This document shows, one piece after another, positions 32,501-35,080 of a DNA stretch of 35,080 nucleotides. How positions within the stretch are numbered: position 1 is the first letter of the stretch; each line of letters starts with the position of its first letter. The notes under the pieces are model-generated. The model was given only the letters and a program-made list of their open reading frames with translations. It did no database searches and was not told the origin of the DNA. A program made the position numbers and the translations under genes. This DNA comes from an uncultured Nitrosopumilales archaeon (GTDB taxonomy: Archaea > Thermoproteota > Nitrososphaeria > Nitrososphaerales > UBA57), in the NCBI GenBank assembly GCA_964644785.1, contig CAZXXP010000004.1:1-35080 (forward strand), given 5' to 3'.

Positions 32501-33869
32501 CTACGGAGATATTGAAAAGGCCTTGCTTCCCTTGCGCTATTACAAGATTTTCTGGTCTGATCGAAATCAGAAAGTCCCTTACAGGTATGTTCAGTCTCAG
32601 CGTTGAGGACTTTACCAGAGGTGTTCTAGTGGCTGTAATTGTAAGGTCTAGAGATCCTGGAGCTGCTGTGAGGTTAAGCGAGAGTGTCAGCGTCGCTGTT
32701 ACTACGCCGTTGGGAGGAGGCGTAACTTCAGGAGGGTTGATACTGGCGAACAATCCAGGCACTAGCGTAGGAAGGGATAAAGTAACGGCAGAGTTGAAAC
32801 CTTCCGTCGACTGCACAACTATCTGGAACGTCCTTGTAGAACCCAAAGTCATAGTTACATCGGATGGAGCTATTGAAACTACGAAGTTCCCAGCAATGTT
32901 CAATATTAGTGTATTTGTTCCTGTAATGTAGCCAGCCCTTGTAGCTGTCACGCTTATCCTAGCAGATATTGTCAGTGCAGATAATTGAATCGGAGCCCCC
33001 TCGGAGGTAACTCTAATCGTTATTATTGAGATTTTGGACACGACCGCCGGGTTTGGAATTGCGTCTATTGCTATAACAAGCCCTGGCAACGGCTTTACCA
33101 TAATAGTAACAAGAAAAGAGTGAGTTATCTGAGGGGAACCCGGATATATACCTACGACGAAACCACTATAGGTGCCTGGAAGCGCGGTAAGGGCAGCATC
33201 TAGTGTTAGCGTTGCCGATATCCAGCTCTGCTTGGGAACCAAGACAGACCCGGTGAGGGTAACCAAGACACCTGGAGCCTGATTGTTCCATATCCAAGAA
33301 AGTTGGATCTGACCGTTGAAGTTTGAGATAGAGCTAATATTCACAAAGGCTGAGGCCGATGCCTGCTGTCTTACTTCAACCGTGCTAGGAGATACCGAAA
33401 TCGCAAAGTCACCCACATAAAGAGTAAGCGTCACGTCATTTGTACGGACTGTGGACGCGGTATCATTCGCAAACTTCCCGTTAGCTATGATAATGTAAGT
33501 TCCCGGGGGAGTGCTAGTTGTCGTGCTGATAGTAAGCGTAACAATGGCATTGAGTCCCGTTCCACCCGTAGGCACGGTAAGCGACGAAGGCGAGAAAACG
33601 GCAGAGGACAAAGGTATCCCTGACGGACTAATACTTACGACATTCAAGTTGAGTGTCGGTCCCAAAGGCGGAGGATCGTATTTCTGTCCCACCACTGTCA
33701 CAGTAAACTGTTTTTGAGCACCTTTGGGAATCTCTGCCGAAGTAGAATCAGGCGTAAGCGTTATTGGCGGACCGGCCTCGACATGTGGGAGAAAAGCGAA
33801 ATATGCAATAGCAAGGGCTAGACTAGTGACAAGTAAAACATTGCCGCTAGTTACCTTCGGATGCACCAC
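29583..33869 (-). CDS. Very large (1428 aa) cell-surface protein: signal peptide, repeated Ig-like/beta-sandwich domains, transglutaminase-like core, C-terminal TM anchor
   Basis: N-terminal LLVTSLALAIAYFAFLPHVEA. There are at least 3 repeats of the pattern F.(I/V)S(V/I).P..v....G.....v.V.S..GF.G...L. InlB-B-repeat-like units are present (Y.LTV...GAGWF...RYDFRGW). The TGase-like core reads GDSRVIVVFYGGLLRSVDIPVR...HAWIEF...FVDP (nt ~30780-30960). The C-terminal segment is AAFATGIIIAVAAISITTQLVL. GTG start. Confidence 0.8.
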   Translation of the reverse strand: MVHPKVTSGNVLLVTSLALAIAYFAFLPHVEAGPPITLTPDSTSAEIPKGAQKQFTVTVVGQKYDPPPLGPTLNLNVVSISPSGIPLSSAVFSPSSLTVPTGGTGLNAIVTLTISTTTSTPPGTYIIIANGKFANDTASTVRTNDVTLTLYVGDFAISVSPSTVEVRQQASASAFVNISSISNFNGQIQLSWIWNNQAPGVLVTLTGSVLVPKQSWISATLTLDAALTALPGTYSGFVVGIYPGSPQITHSFLVTIMVKPLPGLVIAIDAIPNPAVVSKISIITIRVTSEGAPIQLSALTISARISVTATRAGYITGTNTLILNIAGNFVVSIAPSDVTMTLGSTRTFQIVVQSTEGFNSAVTLSLPTLVPGLFASINPPEVTPPPNGVVTATLTLSLNLTAAPGSLDLTITATRTPLVKSSTLRLNIPVRDFLISIRPENLVIAQGKQGLFNISVVSRGGFSGLIDMRSTGIPSDVEISIVPNSFSLEVGVTRNALLSVRASESSGAGNFLFLIEANSGIVRRSAQAVLVILPLLTVTIDSSPRVSSFIVDGALIQPTDLPKQYRWVQGEIHTLGVPNQIVNGTSGIRYVFTRWSDGTTTQARILTINSQGTYKAEFKTQYFLTVRSILPISPPPSLGAGWFDNNTQASISTPQIVNIAENRRYDFRGWMGNISDSKTNTTVLMNGPKVVTSTYTLQFFIYAATEPKSLAEISNGNKWHDTDLTTEFATTKRVRDYSFRFWTVDGNRFTGLLVSIRIDRPFNLTANYVFLPKVGIVWANTTISKTEFQGESAYIWLKIANTNDRPGEVRLDAQSSFDGISVNPKSIVLNFQSGQSYVIAYELRFLKNGTGAFEAKINETADSADSISVPLKIFSSRSRDNLRAIGKAVSVENLAVLNDLMATTPEVKALAENILAVANVPQIASPVDKARALFTFVVQHYEPATNIKPQSIAHIASELQATGGALSNQKVTGDSRVIVVFYGGLLRSVDIPVRPLIGIMEMSPLQEIPYLTLHAWIEFRVDRDWLFVDPAEGLFEISPTRYPLGIQNLGKDPKMYYELSPKWGGPIEVVTYEGRAVDITESYKATMYPPLDGFTVYTRGDTNIVMRTDAGRDFIVGLPYAAIWTPVDPQAPEIRALKAEGQMVLVSSSTPLSKYPIFVSGPRRTNYTFSVMEVSPVFPIIDSMGGSFLERSTIEHTVQLRSDGKLQTGQVEHVSYSDKLITIISNSTVTSALSSTDVRAVKLTLVGKEGSVGVLNITVPSNLLIDDLRSSADKIVVLLDGKLAKPEFTNLGDRMVISLMYSHSTRNVVAYLKTFDVSFTVRDPFGLVIPDAELTMEGPTHKEIKESDNPLYEHLIPGEYQFTIKYRGEQQVVSPEITDRDLSFMINLVRSDATIAAFATGIIIAVAAISITTQLVLSRVFQRKSTSS

Positions 33870-33931
33870 GTTGTTAGCTCACAGATGGGAATTAAAAACC
33901 TTGAGCAGCTTTTGTTGAACTGCTATGGGAT

Positions 33932-34795
33932 TTATTCGAACTCTTTCAACAGTTCCTTGCCCAATTCTTCGCTTATGCCCAATGGCTGCGACACTACTGG
34001 ACCTCCCCTTAACCCTGGCTCTTCGTCCTCATAAGTAGGCCTGCCAGATTCATAAAATACACCTATCGGTATCTTTACATCCCATTCATACGACTTCCTT
34101 ATTGCATCGTCAAGGTTCTTCGTGTTATGTTTGCTATCCTCTAGTCTGTAGATTCTCTCCCTGAACCACTGGTAAGTGTTGTGCTTGTTGTAGGTTACAC
34201 AAGGGCTCAATACGTCTACCAACGAGAAACCCTTGTGCTTCATTCCCAATTCGATAATCTTTGCTAAATGGTCTGCATCGCCTGAGAATGCCCTTGCAAC
34301 GAATGTTGCTCCAGTAACCAGAGCCAGACATATTGGGTTTATTGGAAGTTCGATAACACCTGCAGGCGTAGATTTTGTACGTTGACCCTTCTCTGTAGTT
34401 GGTGATGCCTGCCCCGTAGTCAAGCCGTAAATCTGGTTGTTCATTACTACATATGTAATATCAAAGTTCCTGCGCATTGCATGCACCCAATGGTTCAGAC
34501 CTATTCCATATCCGTCACCGTCTCCCCCAGCAACTATCACATTCAAATCTGGGTTGACTAGTTTTGCACCGGTAGCCACTGGGATAGCCCTTCCATGCAG
34601 GCCGTGAAAACCATAAGACTTTAGGAAGCCCGGAATATTCGAAGAGCAGCCTATTCCCGAAACCACAAGCACATCCTTTGGGTTGATTTCGAGCACCGCT
34701 AAAGCTGTCTGGATGCCTCTTAAGACTGCAAAGTCTCCGCAGCCGGGACACCATGTAGCTCTAGTCTCAACCTTGTACATCGAGAGATCCATCAT
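33932..34795 (-). CDS. 2-oxoacid:ferredoxin oxidoreductase, beta (TPP-binding) subunit
   Basis: WCPGCGDFAVL, GIGCSS and the TPP motif GGDGDGYGIG...NNQIYGLTTGQ. Its ATG overlaps the alpha subunit stop as ATGA. Confidence 0.9.
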   Translation of the reverse strand: MMDLSMYKVETRATWCPGCGDFAVLRGIQTALAVLEINPKDVLVVSGIGCSSNIPGFLKSYGFHGLHGRAIPVATGAKLVNPDLNVIVAGGDGDGYGIGLNHWVHAMRRNFDITYVVMNNQIYGLTTGQASPTTEKGQRTKSTPAGVIELPINPICLALVTGATFVARAFSGDADHLAKIIELGMKHKGFSLVDVLSPCVTYNKHNTYQWFRERIYRLEDSKHNTKNLDDAIRKSYEWDVKIPIGVFYESGRPTYEDEEPGLRGGPVVSQPLGISEELGKELLKEFE

Positions 34796-35080
34796 GCTTT
34801 GGCAACCTCCATAGCCCTCTTCACTACTTGGTTCGGGTAGAATGGCTCACCATCATATTTCAGGAGCTTGTGTTCTATCTTGATACCCGTTTCCATTCTG
34901 ATCAGTTTTGCAAGTTGACCAGAATAATTTACTTCCACGTCGAGTACTCTTTTTGCAGTCGAAAGTACCTTTTCTACGGTCTCATCGTGGAAAGGCCACA
35001 TGTATCTTATGTGTAGATGGTTTGCTGTTATTCCATTTCTAGCCAAAACATCAACAGTCTCTGTTAAGACGTTGTATGTC
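34792..35080 (-). CDS. 2-oxoacid:ferredoxin oxidoreductase, alpha subunit (C-terminal part only; continues beyond window)
   Basis: The open frame extends past 35080; the track's M at 35046 is internal. The sequence ...HIRYMWPF...VEVNYSGQLAKLIR...KYDGEPF is typical of the alpha/gamma-fusion C-terminus and is translationally coupled to beta. Confidence 0.75.
   Translation of the reverse strand, partial: TYNVLTETVDVLARNGITANHLHIRYMWPFHDETVEKVLSTAKRVLDVEVNYSGQLAKLIRMETGIKIEHKLLKYDGEPFYPNQVVKRAMEVAKA

Noticed and set aside
32203-32931. 242-aa plus-strand ORF, plus several 60-90-aa ORFs between 29956 and 33918.
   Set aside because: All lie antisense within the 1428-aa surface-protein gene, whose frame shows signal peptide, domain repeats and a TM anchor. 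No independent support exists.
1-35080. Scan for CRISPR arrays, IS elements or transposases, integrases, and rRNA genes.
   Set aside because: I saw no regularly spaced direct repeats, no terminal inverted repeats flanking an ORF, and no DDE, tyrosine- or serine-recombinase-like motifs. A visual scan cannot exclude short or degenerate elements.

Overview
This is a dense archaeal chromosomal segment of about 30 protein genes plus one tRNA. Archaeal markers are TrmB and Lrp-type regulators, tandem PurP, Mre11-Rad50, NreA, a two-subunit 2-oxoacid:ferredoxin oxidoreductase, a Tes-like radical SAM enzyme, and TATA-like boxes about 25-30 nt upstream of start codons. I cannot assign a lineage from sequence alone. 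Most of the window is housekeeping: an S8 protease, tRNA-Thr(GGU), an SDR, a PAC2-like chaperone, regulators, purP x2, mre11-rad50, corA, a YggX-like protein, nreA and alaX. The stand-out region is about 21.1-29.6 kb, possibly extending to 33.9 kb. It holds a tight operon of three genes: a type-I membrane protein with a cytoplasmic coiled-coil tail, a 909-aa FtsZ/tubulin-superfamily GTPase, and a 799-aa polytopic membrane protein with a large helical cytoplasmic domain. The GTPase has T1-like GLGGTGxN, an exact GGGTGSG signature and an NxDxxD T7 loop, fused to or interrupted by about 450 aa of coiled coil. Next to the operon are a PH/GRAM-like protein, a 446-aa zinc-ribbon protein that looks like a nucleotide-site-degenerate FtsZ-like paralog, and a 1428-aa surface protein whose transglutaminase-like core has Ser in place of the catalytic Cys. 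I read this as a candidate uncharacterised cytoskeletal or membrane-remodelling module. Two decayed genes (PPOX-like and DUF763-like) lie immediately upstream of it. I saw no CRISPR array, transposase or rRNA. All family calls come from motifs read by eye; no database search was possible.
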